This document shows, in pieces, positions 55,450 to 64,000 of a stretch of 64,000 bases of DNA. Under the pieces are notes generated by a model, which made no database searches, was not told the origin of the DNA, and saw only the letters and a list, made by a program, of their open reading frames with translations. The position numbers and the translations under genes were made by a program. Source of the DNA: an uncultured Gammaproteobacteria bacterium (GTDB lineage Bacteria; Patescibacteriota; Patescibacteriia; Magasanikbacterales; UBA922); the NCBI GenBank assembly GCA_964344965.1, contig CAYFPJ010000001.1:22771-86770 (forward strand). The letters run 5' to 3'. Each line of letters begins with the position of its first letter. Within the stretch, counting starts at the first letter, position 1.

Positions 55450-55860
55450 TTATTTTTTTGGAATTTGGCTAGACAAAATAGTAAGAATAGAATCACATTT
55501 TTTGTTTTGTTTTTTGTCTGTTTTTGAGTTGTGTATTTTGTTTGTATAAGTGTCTGCACTGCCGTCATAGGAGACAACAAACCAACACTCGTCTGTAATT
55601 TTTTTTAGATGTGTTTTATCAAATTGTTTTCTTGTGTCTGAGAAATATATACTAATTTTTGTTCCACCGGCGAAGTTGCTGGTATGCCAGTCGCCAGGAT
55701 ACTTAAAGTCAGGTAATATGCCCAGCATACCTTCTTTTTGTTCGTCAAAAATAACCCAACTAGAGTCAATGATTTTTTCTTGATTTTGTTTTAGCGCTAT
55801 TTTTGTTGCAATTATTCCTATTAGCGCAGCTACCATAAAAATAACAAATAATTTTTTCAT
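55450..55860 (-). CDS. hypothetical secreted/membrane-anchored protein
   Basis: Start at MKKLFVIFMVAALIGIIATKIA (signal/TM). No motif. Confidence 0.45.
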   Translation of the reverse strand: MKKLFVIFMVAALIGIIATKIALKQNQEKIIDSSWVIFDEQKEGMLGILPDFKYPGDWHTSNFAGGTKISIYFSDTRKQFDKTHLKKITDECWFVVSYDGSADTYTNKIHNSKTDKKQNKKCDSILTILSSQIPKK

Positions 55861-55879
55861 AAGTGTGCAAGAGTTATTT

Positions 55880-56224
55880 TCACAAAATCCCCAAAACACT
55901 TTCCGGCGGTCTACCCAAGACTGCTTTTTTATTATCCTTAATCACAATCGGTCTTTCAATCAACTTCGGATATTTCACCATAGCATTTAACACCTCTACA
56001 TCACTGCTATCTTTTGATAATCCAGCTTGTTTGAATTCTGACTCTTTTCTTCTAGTGAACTCGATTGGTTTCATGCCAAGCAGTTTAGCTATATCTTGTA
56101 ATTCAGATTTGTTTGGTGGATTTTCAAGATAAAGAATTACCTCTGGTTCGATACCATTGTCCTTTAGGAGTTGGAAAGTTTGTCTGCTTTTGGAGCAGCG
56201 GGGGTTGTGATATATATGGTACAT
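55880..56224 (-). CDS. ArsC/Spx-family protein (YffB-like arsenate-reductase fold)
   Basis: IYHNPRCSKSR N-terminal motif with thioredoxin-like fold length (114 aa). Confidence 0.8.
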   Translation of the reverse strand: MYHIYHNPRCSKSRQTFQLLKDNGIEPEVILYLENPPNKSELQDIAKLLGMKPIEFTRRKESEFKQAGLSKDSSDVEVLNAMVKYPKLIERPIVIKDNKKAVLGRPPESVLGIL

Positions 56225-56254
56225 AGAATTGTTAATGGATATTAGGAGTAGATA

Positions 56255-56374
56255 AACATACGAATTACGAATATTTCGAATATACGAATACCTGTAACAT
56301 TGCTCTTTGTAATATTGTAAATAAAACTATGGAAACAATATTCGAACATTCGTACAATTCGTAATTCGTATGTT
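56255..56374. mobile_element. MITE-like element with TIRs AACATACGAATTACGAAT / ATTCGTAATTCGTATGTT (second copy of the family)
   Basis: 18-mer right TIR identical to that at 52585-52602. About 120 bp. Confidence 0.55.
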
Positions 56375-56922
56375 CACAATATTCTTCTCTTAAACTCTTC
56401 CAACTCATCATTCTCCAACTTCATCCTCAAAAAACTCTCCACCACTTCACGACTATCAAAGTCAGGTTCTAATGTTTTATCTACAAACTGATCAAAACTA
56501 AGCTCAAGGACTTCTATCTTTTCTCCAGCGTCAAGATTTTGCTCTGCTACCTTCCTACAGTTCTTGGCAATATATGTGTACACTCCCCACTCAATTTTGC
56601 TGTAGGGCTCGGTAACTTGCCAGAGCTCCCAGTCACCACTCTCCATCCCAGCTTCTTCCAGGAGTTCACGTTTGGCAGTGTCTAGAGGATCTTCACTCTC
56701 GTCCTGCCTGCCACCAAGAAGACAATGAAATTCTCCTTTGGAAGGTTGGGATTGTTTTGCAATGAAGACTTTGTCACCAGCAGTAGCGATGACATTGACA
56801 GTGTTTGGTCGTTTGAGCATTTCAAAAGTGGCTGTTGATCCATCAAACATTTCCTGCTCCCACTGGTAAGTATCGAAGATATTGCCTTTGAAGGCTAGTT
56901 TGGCATTGATGGGTAATTTCAT
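56374..56922 (-). CDS. Nudix hydrolase
   Basis: Nudix box GGRQDESEDPLDTAKRELLEEAGM (GX5EX7REUXEEXGU). Confidence 0.8.
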   Translation of the reverse strand: MKLPINAKLAFKGNIFDTYQWEQEMFDGSTATFEMLKRPNTVNVIATAGDKVFIAKQSQPSKGEFHCLLGGRQDESEDPLDTAKRELLEEAGMESGDWELWQVTEPYSKIEWGVYTYIAKNCRKVAEQNLDAGEKIEVLELSFDQFVDKTLEPDFDSREVVESFLRMKLENDELEEFKRRIL

Positions 56923-56945
56923 ATGTGGTTATGGTACTAAGTGTT

Positions 56946-57626
56946 TTAATCGTCCTTGATTACTATATCTCCTTTTTCATTTTTTGTTAAATTGTGGGAT
57001 AAGAAAATTAGTTCTAAATTTTTAGCCTTTATAAAATCTACTGGGTAAATTACATTTTTTATTTTTCTAAGATCCTGATCCAAAATATGTTTGTTTTTTT
57101 CTGTGTTGTAGGCTTTTAGATCAAATCCAGCTTGCCTGTAGGCATGATCTACAAGTTGGGTACAAAAAAAATCTTCAATATCATTTTTGAAATAAAAATC
57201 ATAAGGTTTGCCAAGTTGTTTTTTGGCAAACCCTATTGCTTTGTGGATTATTTTTTTTCTTTTTTTTGAATTTATTTTTGGTCTTAGAATAGCTAGAGTA
57301 TCATATTGTTTGAATATCTCTTTCATGTTGATATAACAAACTCCCTCTACAACAGAGTGAATCATTTTTTTTTTGGATACATAAAGAAGAGAGTGGGTAA
57401 CAGGGCCGGGAATGACCAGTGAGCTGGCATAGGTGAGATTACCAGCTACCACAATATCTCCTTTTTTTACAAGACGAGCAGTTTTTTTATAATCAGAATG
57501 AGTAAGAAGATTATTGCGAAATTTTATTTTCAATTTTCCCAAAAATGTTAGAACATTACCAAAAATCTTATGGAAGATTGTTGAACCTTTTTTGAAATTT
57601 TTGATAATATGATATTTGCCAGTCAT
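56946..57626 (-). CDS. YiiX/YaeF-like (DUF830, permuted papain-fold) protein
   Basis: Pattern ...SHSLLYV...YDFYF...FCTQLVDHAY resembles the permuted NlpC/P60-like C92 family. Moderate to low certainty. Confidence 0.4.
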   Translation of the reverse strand: MTGKYHIIKNFKKGSTIFHKIFGNVLTFLGKLKIKFRNNLLTHSDYKKTARLVKKGDIVVAGNLTYASSLVIPGPVTHSLLYVSKKKMIHSVVEGVCYINMKEIFKQYDTLAILRPKINSKKRKKIIHKAIGFAKKQLGKPYDFYFKNDIEDFFCTQLVDHAYRQAGFDLKAYNTEKNKHILDQDLRKIKNVIYPVDFIKAKNLELIFLSHNLTKNEKGDIVIKDD

Positions 57627-57632
57627 ATTTTT

Positions 57633-58415
57633 TCATTTTATCAATTTGCCAACTATTTTGGCAACAATATTCCTTGGGGTAAGGCGATTGAGCCATATCA
57701 AGACTTTATTTTTAGTACCAGTTATGATAAATGTTTTATTTTTTTTCATAGCTTGGTACCCTATCTCAGCCACACGTTTGGCTGTCAGTATTTTTCCTTT
57801 GAAAAAATCATTTCTACCAGCTGTTTTTTCAAAATTGGTTTTGGTCGGGCCGGGACAAAGTGCTGTGACAGATACACCGGTCCCAGCTAATTCGACAACC
57901 AAGGCTTCAGAAAAATGCAAAACATAGGCCTTGGTAGCGAAATATACAGCCATAAAAGGCCCGGGCTGGAAAGCTGCTGTCGAGGCGACATTGAGAATTT
58001 TTCCAGATTTATTTTCTAGCATTGAAGGAAGAAATAATTTTGTCAGAGCTGTTAGTGAAGAAATATTTAATTCAATCATATCCAGCTCTCTTTCTAGGTC
58101 ATTTTTGGCAAACTCACCAGTCAGTCCGAAGCCAGCATTATTGACCAGCACATCTACTGGTCCGGATTTTTCAAATACTATTTTAGAGTTTTCTTTTTTA
58201 GACAAGTCTGCAATAATTATTTTTATATTACTATTATATTTTTCTTCTAGATCTTTTTTTAGCTTCTCAAGCTTCTCTTCATTTCTAGCTACAAGAGTTA
58301 GATCATAATTATCACGAGCAAAAAGATGAGCAAATTCTAGGCCGATTCCTGAGCTGGCGCCGGTGATGAGGACTTTTTTGGATATTGATTGTGCGAATTT
58401 ATTTGATGATGTCAC
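57633..58415 (-). CDS. short-chain dehydrogenase/reductase (SDR)
   Basis: TGASSGIG cofactor motif, NNAG, catalytic YxxxK (YFATKAY). 260 aa. Confidence 0.85.
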   Translation of the reverse strand: MTSSNKFAQSISKKVLITGASSGIGLEFAHLFARDNYDLTLVARNEEKLEKLKKDLEEKYNSNIKIIIADLSKKENSKIVFEKSGPVDVLVNNAGFGLTGEFAKNDLERELDMIELNISSLTALTKLFLPSMLENKSGKILNVASTAAFQPGPFMAVYFATKAYVLHFSEALVVELAGTGVSVTALCPGPTKTNFEKTAGRNDFFKGKILTAKRVAEIGYQAMKKNKTFIITGTKNKVLIWLNRLTPRNIVAKIVGKLIK

Positions 58416-58437
58416 AGACTTTGGTTTATATTAAGTG

Positions 58438-59328
58438 TTATGCCATATTGCGCAATTTTGAAATTCGATCTTTGATCGGTGGGTGTGTTGAAAATAGTCC
58501 GGATATACTTCTTTTTTTAAATGGATTGGAGATGAAGAGGTGGGCAGTGGCGGCACTAGCATGAGGAAGAGTTTCTTTTGACCCGCTTATTTTTTCTAGA
58601 GCTCCAGCCAGCCCTTCTGGATAGCGGGTCAAGAGGGCACCAGAAGCGTCAGCCAGATATTCACGTTTTCTTGAGATTGCCAGTTTGATTAGCTCGGCAA
58701 TGATGGGGGAGAGGACTAATAGGATAATACCTATCAAGACTATAATACCACCTGCTTTTCCACCACCATTATTGGATGACCTGTTGCTTCCCGCACCAAT
58801 CCAACGAGCACGGAAGAACATATCAGAAATTAGGGCAATAAATCCAACAAGCACAGCTGCGATGGTCATAATACGAATATCATAATTTTTTATATGAGCT
58901 AACTCATGAGCAATCACTCCTTCCAATTCTTCATTCTCTAGTTCCTCTATGATTCCTGTGGTGAGGGCGATGGAGGCATGCTCTGGATCGCGACCAGTGG
59001 CAAAGGCATTGAGAGCAGGGGAGTCGATAATATGTACTCTCGGCACTGGTAGTCCGGCTGTGATACAGAGATTTTCTACCATTCGATAGACATATGGATT
59101 GTCTTCTTTTTTTATTCCTTTTGCTCCTGTCGTTGCTAGAGCTATTCTGTCGCCTTTGAAATAGCTGAGCATGGTCATCCCAAAAGAGAATAAAATGGCG
59201 ACAGCCATGGCGTTGTATCCATAACCCATATATTCAGCCAAAAAATAGCCTATACCGAGAATGATGGCGATGAAGATTGATATGAGAATTACTGTTTTTC
59301 TTTTGTTGGAATCGATTTGGGAGTACAT
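58438..59328 (-). CDS. htpX: HtpX-like M48 zinc metalloprotease
   Basis: HELAHIKNYD (HExxH) between TM segments. 296 aa. Confidence 0.85.
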   Translation of the reverse strand: MYSQIDSNKRKTVILISIFIAIILGIGYFLAEYMGYGYNAMAVAILFSFGMTMLSYFKGDRIALATTGAKGIKKEDNPYVYRMVENLCITAGLPVPRVHIIDSPALNAFATGRDPEHASIALTTGIIEELENEELEGVIAHELAHIKNYDIRIMTIAAVLVGFIALISDMFFRARWIGAGSNRSSNNGGGKAGGIIVLIGIILLVLSPIIAELIKLAISRKREYLADASGALLTRYPEGLAGALEKISGSKETLPHASAATAHLFISNPFKKRSISGLFSTHPPIKDRISKLRNMA

Positions 59329-59402
59329 ATAAAAAGTTCATAGTAGGTAGCCAATAGCCAATAGTTTTTATCTATTGGCTATGAATTATTGGCTATGAAC
59401 TA

Positions 59403-59966
59403 TTATAATTCTACTTTTACGTTTTCCCTCTCATTTGCATCTGCAATTTCGAAGAATTCAAACTTTTTGAATTTTAGAGTGTCCGCAACCATATTGGCAG
59501 GGAAGCTCTCGATAGATGTATTGAAGCCATTTACTTGGCTGTTGTAGAATCTGCGTGAGGCTTGGATTTTATTTTCAGTATCACTTAGCTCATCCATTAA
59601 TTGAGCTACATTTTGATTAGCTTTTAGGTCTGGGTAAGCTTCGACTGCGATTTGCAATTTACCAAGCATGCCACCGAGCATGCTTTCGGCACTTGCTAGC
59701 TCTGCTGTGTTGCCAGCCTCTTGAGCTGACATGGCTTGGGAGCGAGCCTTGGTAATGTTTTCAAGTAGCTCGCGTTCGTGTGTCATGTATCCTTTCACAC
59801 TGGTTACAAGATTTGGAATCAAGTCGTGACGACGTTTTAGTTGGACGTCGATATCACTCCAGGCTTCTTTTACTCTGTTTCTTTCTCTGACAAGCTTGTT
59901 GTAAAGGCCGATCAGCCAAAGAGTTATGACGACGGCAATTACTATAATTATAGCTAGAAAAGACAT
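59403..59966 (-). CDS. lemA: LemA family protein
   Basis: N-terminal TM, then LIGLYNKLVRERNRVKEAWSDIDVQLKRRHDLIPNLV, characteristic of LemA. Adjacent to htpX. Confidence 0.85.
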   Translation of the reverse strand: MSFLAIIIVIAVVITLWLIGLYNKLVRERNRVKEAWSDIDVQLKRRHDLIPNLVTSVKGYMTHERELLENITKARSQAMSAQEAGNTAELASAESMLGGMLGKLQIAVEAYPDLKANQNVAQLMDELSDTENKIQASRRFYNSQVNGFNTSIESFPANMVADTLKFKKFEFFEIADANERENVKVEL

Positions 59967-60181
59967 AGTATTTATTTTTAGCAGATTGTGCAGAATGGAC
60001 AGAGTATGCAAAATAAGCTGTTCTTAGCTTAATTTGCCTATTCTGCTTAATCTGCCTATTCTGCAAGTGATTAATAAGTATGTATTTGATTTGGTAATCA
60101 GTCTTGCTCTTTAGATTTTTTTATGCAATAATATTACCATTATTTTACGCTAATCTAGCCTATTTAGTCAACTATTCCGTT

Positions 60182-61369
60182 ATGCTCACTATTATACTTT
60201 TCATATTGATCCTCAGTCTCCTTGTATTTGTCCATGAATTTGGGCATTTTATTGTTGCTCGAAAATCTGGAATGAAAGTATATGAATTTGGGTTTGGGTT
60301 TCCACCACGGGCATTGGGATTTTATAAAGACCCAAAAACCGGCAAAATTATACGAGTAAAAAAGAATAAAAATAAGAATAAAGAAAAAGACTCTACTCTG
60401 ACTAATACTGTCGGCGGGGGAGCGCGGGAAGAGGAATGCCCAGCCACAGTCTATTCTGTCAACTGGCTGCCTCTTGGTGGTTTTGTGAAGATCAAGGGTG
60501 AAAACGGTGAGATGGCTAGTGAACCGGATAGCTTTGGTTATCACAAGTATTGGAAAAAGGCTCTGGTTTTGGTAGCTGGAGTAACAATGAATTTTTTGCT
60601 TGCTGCCGTTTTGCTTGGAATTGGCTTCATGATTGGACTGCCTGCTGATTCTACTTCTTTGCAAGACCCGCGCGCTATCATAGTTGAGGAGGCTGCTGTC
60701 ACAGCTCAGCAAGTAGAAGATGATTCGCCGGCAGAAGAAGCTGGAATATTGTTTGGTGACAAGATTTTATCTGTCAATGGGGTAAAAATAACAGACGCTG
60801 CTCAAATGGCGGAAGTGGTAAACAAAAACGCAAACCAAGAAACAATTGTAAAAATTCAAAGAGCGGATGAAGAGATTAGTCTCAATATGGCCCCTATAAA
60901 ATTGGCTGAAGAAGAAACCGCCAGAATTGGGATTACAGTAGTCGAGGCAGGGATCATTCGCTATCCGTGGTATATTGCAATTTACAAAGGATTTGTCGGA
61001 GCTGTGGTTACTACTATCAATATCTTTTTTGCTTTTGCCATATTGATCAAGAATTTAATCTTGGGTCAAGGTCTTGCTTTTGCAGTCTCTGGTCCAGTGG
61101 GTATTGCTGTTATTGTGGGGGAGAGTGCTCGTCTTGGATTATCCTATTTGATAAATATCACGGCCATGTTATCATTAAGCTTGGCAGTGATAAATATTTT
61201 GCCCATTCCAGCTCTGGACGGTGGGCGACTACTATTTGTTACTCTTGAAAAAATATTCAAGCGTCCAGTCCCGTTGAAGTATGAACAAATGGCTCACACT
61301 GTCGGGTTCTTGCTTTTGATGGCTCTCATTGTGGTGGTGACTTGGAGGGATATAGTAGGATTATTCTAA
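60182..61369 (+). CDS. rseP: RIP site-2 metalloprotease RseP (M50, PDZ domain)
   Basis: HEFGHF zinc motif in TM1, PDZ region, LDGG motif (ALDGGRLLF). Start chosen at MLTIILF. Contains a Lys/Asn-rich low-complexity insert. Confidence 0.85.
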   Translation: MLTIILFILILSLLVFVHEFGHFIVARKSGMKVYEFGFGFPPRALGFYKDPKTGKIIRVKKNKNKNKEKDSTLTNTVGGGAREEECPATVYSVNWLPLGGFVKIKGENGEMASEPDSFGYHKYWKKALVLVAGVTMNFLLAAVLLGIGFMIGLPADSTSLQDPRAIIVEEAAVTAQQVEDDSPAEEAGILFGDKILSVNGVKITDAAQMAEVVNKNANQETIVKIQRADEEISLNMAPIKLAEEETARIGITVVEAGIIRYPWYIAIYKGFVGAVVTTINIFFAFAILIKNLILGQGLAFAVSGPVGIAVIVGESARLGLSYLINITAMLSLSLAVINILPIPALDGGRLLFVTLEKIFKRPVPLKYEQMAHTVGFLLLMALIVVVTWRDIVGLF

Positions 61370-61382
61370 GTAGAATTTTATT

Positions 61383-61793
61383 ATGAAAGATGAGGTTGTA
61401 TTAAATGATTTGGATAGACAAAGATTGAAACAAGAGCTTGTTAGGGAGTTTGGTGATATATGTGCCTATCCAGATAGTGCTCTTTTGGGAGGAGGGAAGA
61501 CAATGTCTGATTTCAAGAGAGATCTGTTAAATATTTTTAACAACGGAGAATTGAATTTTAAAAAATTGAGACAGAGTGTTAGAGAGGTTGTTTCTTCTTG
61601 GGTTAGTCATATTGATGGATGTAGGAGAGAAGTCAATGCTCCAATGCTTAAGGGGCTTGTCGGCGCTTTTCGTGACAGCTACCTGAGAAGGGTAGATGAA
61701 ATAGCAAATGATGAAGGACGAGAAGGAGGGCTGGTATCTGGAGAGGGTACTGATAATGTCGTGCATGCAGAGGATCGTTTTTCTAAGAGATAA
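61383..61793 (+). CDS. hypothetical protein (136 aa)
   Basis: ORF only. Confidence 0.4.
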   Translation: MKDEVVLNDLDRQRLKQELVREFGDICAYPDSALLGGGKTMSDFKRDLLNIFNNGELNFKKLRQSVREVVSSWVSHIDGCRREVNAPMLKGLVGAFRDSYLRRVDEIANDEGREGGLVSGEGTDNVVHAEDRFSKR

Positions 61794-61797
61794 ATAA

Positions 61798-62169
61798 ATG
61801 TCTATGCCAAAGATAGTAAGGGGAGATGGTAAGATCAGTAGAATAGCAGAAAATGAGCGAAGTGAGTCTGACAGGTTTTTAGACATTATTTCTCCTATTA
61901 TTGCTCGTGTACCTATAATGGAAAGTTCTCATCATTATGAATTGGTGGGTATTTTCACCGAATGGTTTGATGCTGTGACCCGTAACGACAGATATGCTGA
62001 AGATTCCTTTGATGAAAGGATTGGGGTTGCCATATGGTATGGCTTAATGGATGTGCATTTGAAGCATAAAAAATTTTCTTTAGAAACATACAATACTCTC
62101 AAGGAGGAGTTGCAGAAATTTTGGGATGACGGTAAGGCAAAAGTATTACAATTCCCATCAAAAAAGTAA
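61798..62169 (+). CDS. hypothetical protein (123 aa)
   Basis: ORF only. 5 nt after the previous ORF. Confidence 0.4.
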   Translation: MSMPKIVRGDGKISRIAENERSESDRFLDIISPIIARVPIMESSHHYELVGIFTEWFDAVTRNDRYAEDSFDERIGVAIWYGLMDVHLKHKKFSLETYNTLKEELQKFWDDGKAKVLQFPSKK

Positions 62170-62173
62170 TTTT

Positions 62174-63205
62174 ATGGAAAAACAGTTAAAACAAATACAA
62201 CAAGATTTTGAAAAAGAGATTAAACAAATCTCCAGTTTGACGACACTTGAGAAGCTGGAGCAACAATTTTTGGGACGCAAATCTGGATCCTTCACTCTTA
62301 TTACCAAGCAAATGAAAGATCTGTCAGAAGGAGACAGAAAAAAAATAGGACCGCTGATAAATGAAGTGCGAACAGAAATTGTAGATGGATTGGAAAAAAA
62401 GCGCAGTGAATTGCAGCTTGAGAAAATGAAAAATATTTTACAAACAGAAGCAATAGATGTCACCCAGCCTAAATTACCGAAAAAAAGTCGAGGACACCTT
62501 CATCCCATGACTATTGTCCATAATGAGTTGGAAGACTTGTTCACCTCTATGGGTTTCATGGTCCTTGATGGACCTGAGCTTGAGAGTGATTATTATAATT
62601 TTGAAGCTCTCAATATATCTGCTGATCACCCAGCCCGCGATTCCCAAGACACCTTCTTCATAAAAGATCACCCAGACTGGGTGATGAGGACACACACCTC
62701 TCCAGTCCAAGTGCGAGCTATGCAAAAGTATGGTGCCCCACTCAGAACAGTGGTGACCGGTAGGTGCTTTCGTAATGAAGCAACTGATGCTAGTCATGAA
62801 CATACATTTTATCAAATGGAAGGACTTGTGGTGGATAAGGATATTTCTATCGCCAATCTTATTGGCACTATGAAAGAATTGTTGCAAGGTGTATTGAAAC
62901 GTGAGGTGGAGGTTCGTCTGCGACCTGGGTATTTCCCATTTGTGGAGCCTGGATTTGAGCTTGATATGCGTTGTCTGGTTTGCGAAGGTCGAGGATGCGG
63001 TGCCTGTAAACACAGTGGTTGGGTAGAGACTTTGCCTTGTGGACTTGTCCACCCTCATGTCATCGAAGCTGGTGGTCTTGATCCAGATGTCTATAGCGGG
63101 TTTGCCTTTGGTCTTGGTTCTATGCGACTTGCTATGCAAAAGTATGGGATTGAAGATATTCGACATCTTCATTCAGGAGATCTTAGATTCTTAGAACAAT
63201 TTTAA
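62174..63205 (+). CDS. pheS: phenylalanyl-tRNA synthetase alpha subunit
   Basis: Class II motifs (FRNEATDASHEHTFYQMEGLVVD, GFAFGLGSMRLAM). Start chosen at MEKQLKQIQ. Confidence 0.9.
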   Translation: MEKQLKQIQQDFEKEIKQISSLTTLEKLEQQFLGRKSGSFTLITKQMKDLSEGDRKKIGPLINEVRTEIVDGLEKKRSELQLEKMKNILQTEAIDVTQPKLPKKSRGHLHPMTIVHNELEDLFTSMGFMVLDGPELESDYYNFEALNISADHPARDSQDTFFIKDHPDWVMRTHTSPVQVRAMQKYGAPLRTVVTGRCFRNEATDASHEHTFYQMEGLVVDKDISIANLIGTMKELLQGVLKREVEVRLRPGYFPFVEPGFELDMRCLVCEGRGCGACKHSGWVETLPCGLVHPHVIEAGGLDPDVYSGFAFGLGSMRLAMQKYGIEDIRHLHSGDLRFLEQF

Positions 63206-63300
63206 AAACATATAACACATATCATATAACATATAACAATTTTTTATTAAATTTCACTAAGTTTGTTACATGTTATATGGTACATGATACATGAAAAAAT

Positions 63301-64000
63301 ATGTTAGTAAGCTATAACTGGCTAAGACAATATGTAGACCTACTAGAATCTCTCACTCCAGAAGAACTGGCTTTGAAAATGACAATGGGTGTGGTAGAGG
63401 TAGAAGAAGTGAGTGCTCAGGGTGAGAATTTAGAAAATATTGTAATTGGTGAGATCACTGAATTGAAAAAACATCCAGATGCCGACAAGTTGCAGCTTTG
63501 TACAGTCAGTGATGGAAAGACAGACTTCCCAATCGTATGTGGAGGTTCAAATTTGAAACAGGGGATGAAAATTGCTTTGGGTAAAATTGGTGCCAAAGTA
63601 AGATGGCACGGAGAAGGTGATCTTATTGAATTGAAAAAAGTAAAAATTCGAGGCGAAGTATCTGAAGGTATGATTTGTCAATCTACAGAGATTGGTCTTG
63701 GTCTTCTTTATCCCATCTCTGATGAAGCTGAGATACTTGACCTAAGTCACATCGACGCCAAGCTCGGCACACCACTTGCAGAAGCTCTTGGGCTAGATGA
63801 TATTGTTTTTGATATTGACAATAAATCAATGACTCATCGTCCAGACCTTTGGGGACACTATGGCATGGCTAGAGAGTTGGCAGCTGCGTATGATCTAGAA
63901 TTGAAAGAATATAATCCTGCAAAAATTAAATCCAGTAAAGAAGTTAAAATTGATCTAAAAGTAAAAGAAAAAACTCTCTGTCCACGCTATATGGCTGTCG
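63301..64000 (+). CDS. pheT: phenylalanyl-tRNA synthetase beta subunit, N-terminal part (3' end outside window)
   Basis: Manual translation MLVSYNWLRQYVDLLESLTPEELALKMTMGVVEVEEV...HPDADKLQLCTV...GEVSEGMIC matches the PheT N-terminal and tRNA-binding domains. It is not in the ORF track because no stop lies within the window. Confidence 0.8.
   Translation, partial: MLVSYNWLRQYVDLLESLTPEELALKMTMGVVEVEEVSAQGENLENIVIGEITELKKHPDADKLQLCTVSDGKTDFPIVCGGSNLKQGMKIALGKIGAKVRWHGEGDLIELKKVKIRGEVSEGMICQSTEIGLGLLYPISDEAEILDLSHIDAKLGTPLAEALGLDDIVFDIDNKSMTHRPDLWGHYGMARELAAAYDLELKEYNPAKIKSSKEVKIDLKVKEKTLCPRYMAV

Overview
This is an AT-rich, gene-dense bacterial chromosomal segment. Most proteins are small and streamlined, so a Patescibacteria/CPR-like organism is my guess; that is inference only. 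The standard genetic code appears to be in use, since TAA, TAG and TGA all terminate well-conserved genes.

Gene content, in order:
- The window opens inside the spc ribosomal-protein operon: rplE (partial), rpsN/Z, rpsH, rplF, rplR, rpsE, rplO, secY, an inserted small ORF, adk and map. The operon then breaks off into a 2-hydroxyacid dehydrogenase, ruvX and recO.
- Housekeeping genes follow: asnS, aspS, scpAB, a PBP5-like carboxypeptidase, parAB, a short Rel/SpoT, topA, a folC-like ligase, dprA, pth, der, an LCP protein, recG and radA.
- A minus-strand operon-like cluster runs from clpC down to radA (about 41.3-52.3 kb). It encodes two paralogous mosaic envelope proteins. Each has a distinct peptidoglycan/phosphoester hydrolase domain pair (metallophosphoesterase + VanY-like M15 peptidase; SGNH esterase + lytic transglycosylase) flanking a near-identical two-transmembrane pilin-like module. 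The cluster also encodes a membrane-anchored DsbA-like oxidoreductase, a beta-propeller protein and a 771-aa poly-acidic repeat protein. This is the most system-like novelty in the window.
- Downstream lie phosphoglucomutase, a RelE/ParE toxin-antitoxin pair, arsC-family, Nudix, short-chain dehydrogenase, htpX, lemA, rseP and pheS/pheT.
- Two, possibly three, tRNAs are present: Leu-CAA, an adjacent degenerate tRNA-like copy, and a tRNA reading as Arg-GCG.

The non-coding DNA is unusually structured:
- A 20-bp perfect GC palindrome (CCTGCCTGCCGGCAGGCAGG) recurs at 7 intergenic loci.
- Three further repeat families are each present twice: a 68-bp double-GNRA-hairpin element, a roughly 150-bp element, and a 147-bp exact duplicate that sits directly upstream of parB and of an ACP-like gene.
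- Two MITE-like elements share AACATACGAATTNCGAAT terminal inverted repeats.
- A 250-bp high-GC island carries a Shine-Dalgarno-led small hydrophobic ORF.
- Short tandem repeats and GC hairpins are inserted in-frame into conserved genes (ruvX, folC, recG, aspS).

No rRNA and no CRISPR array were seen.
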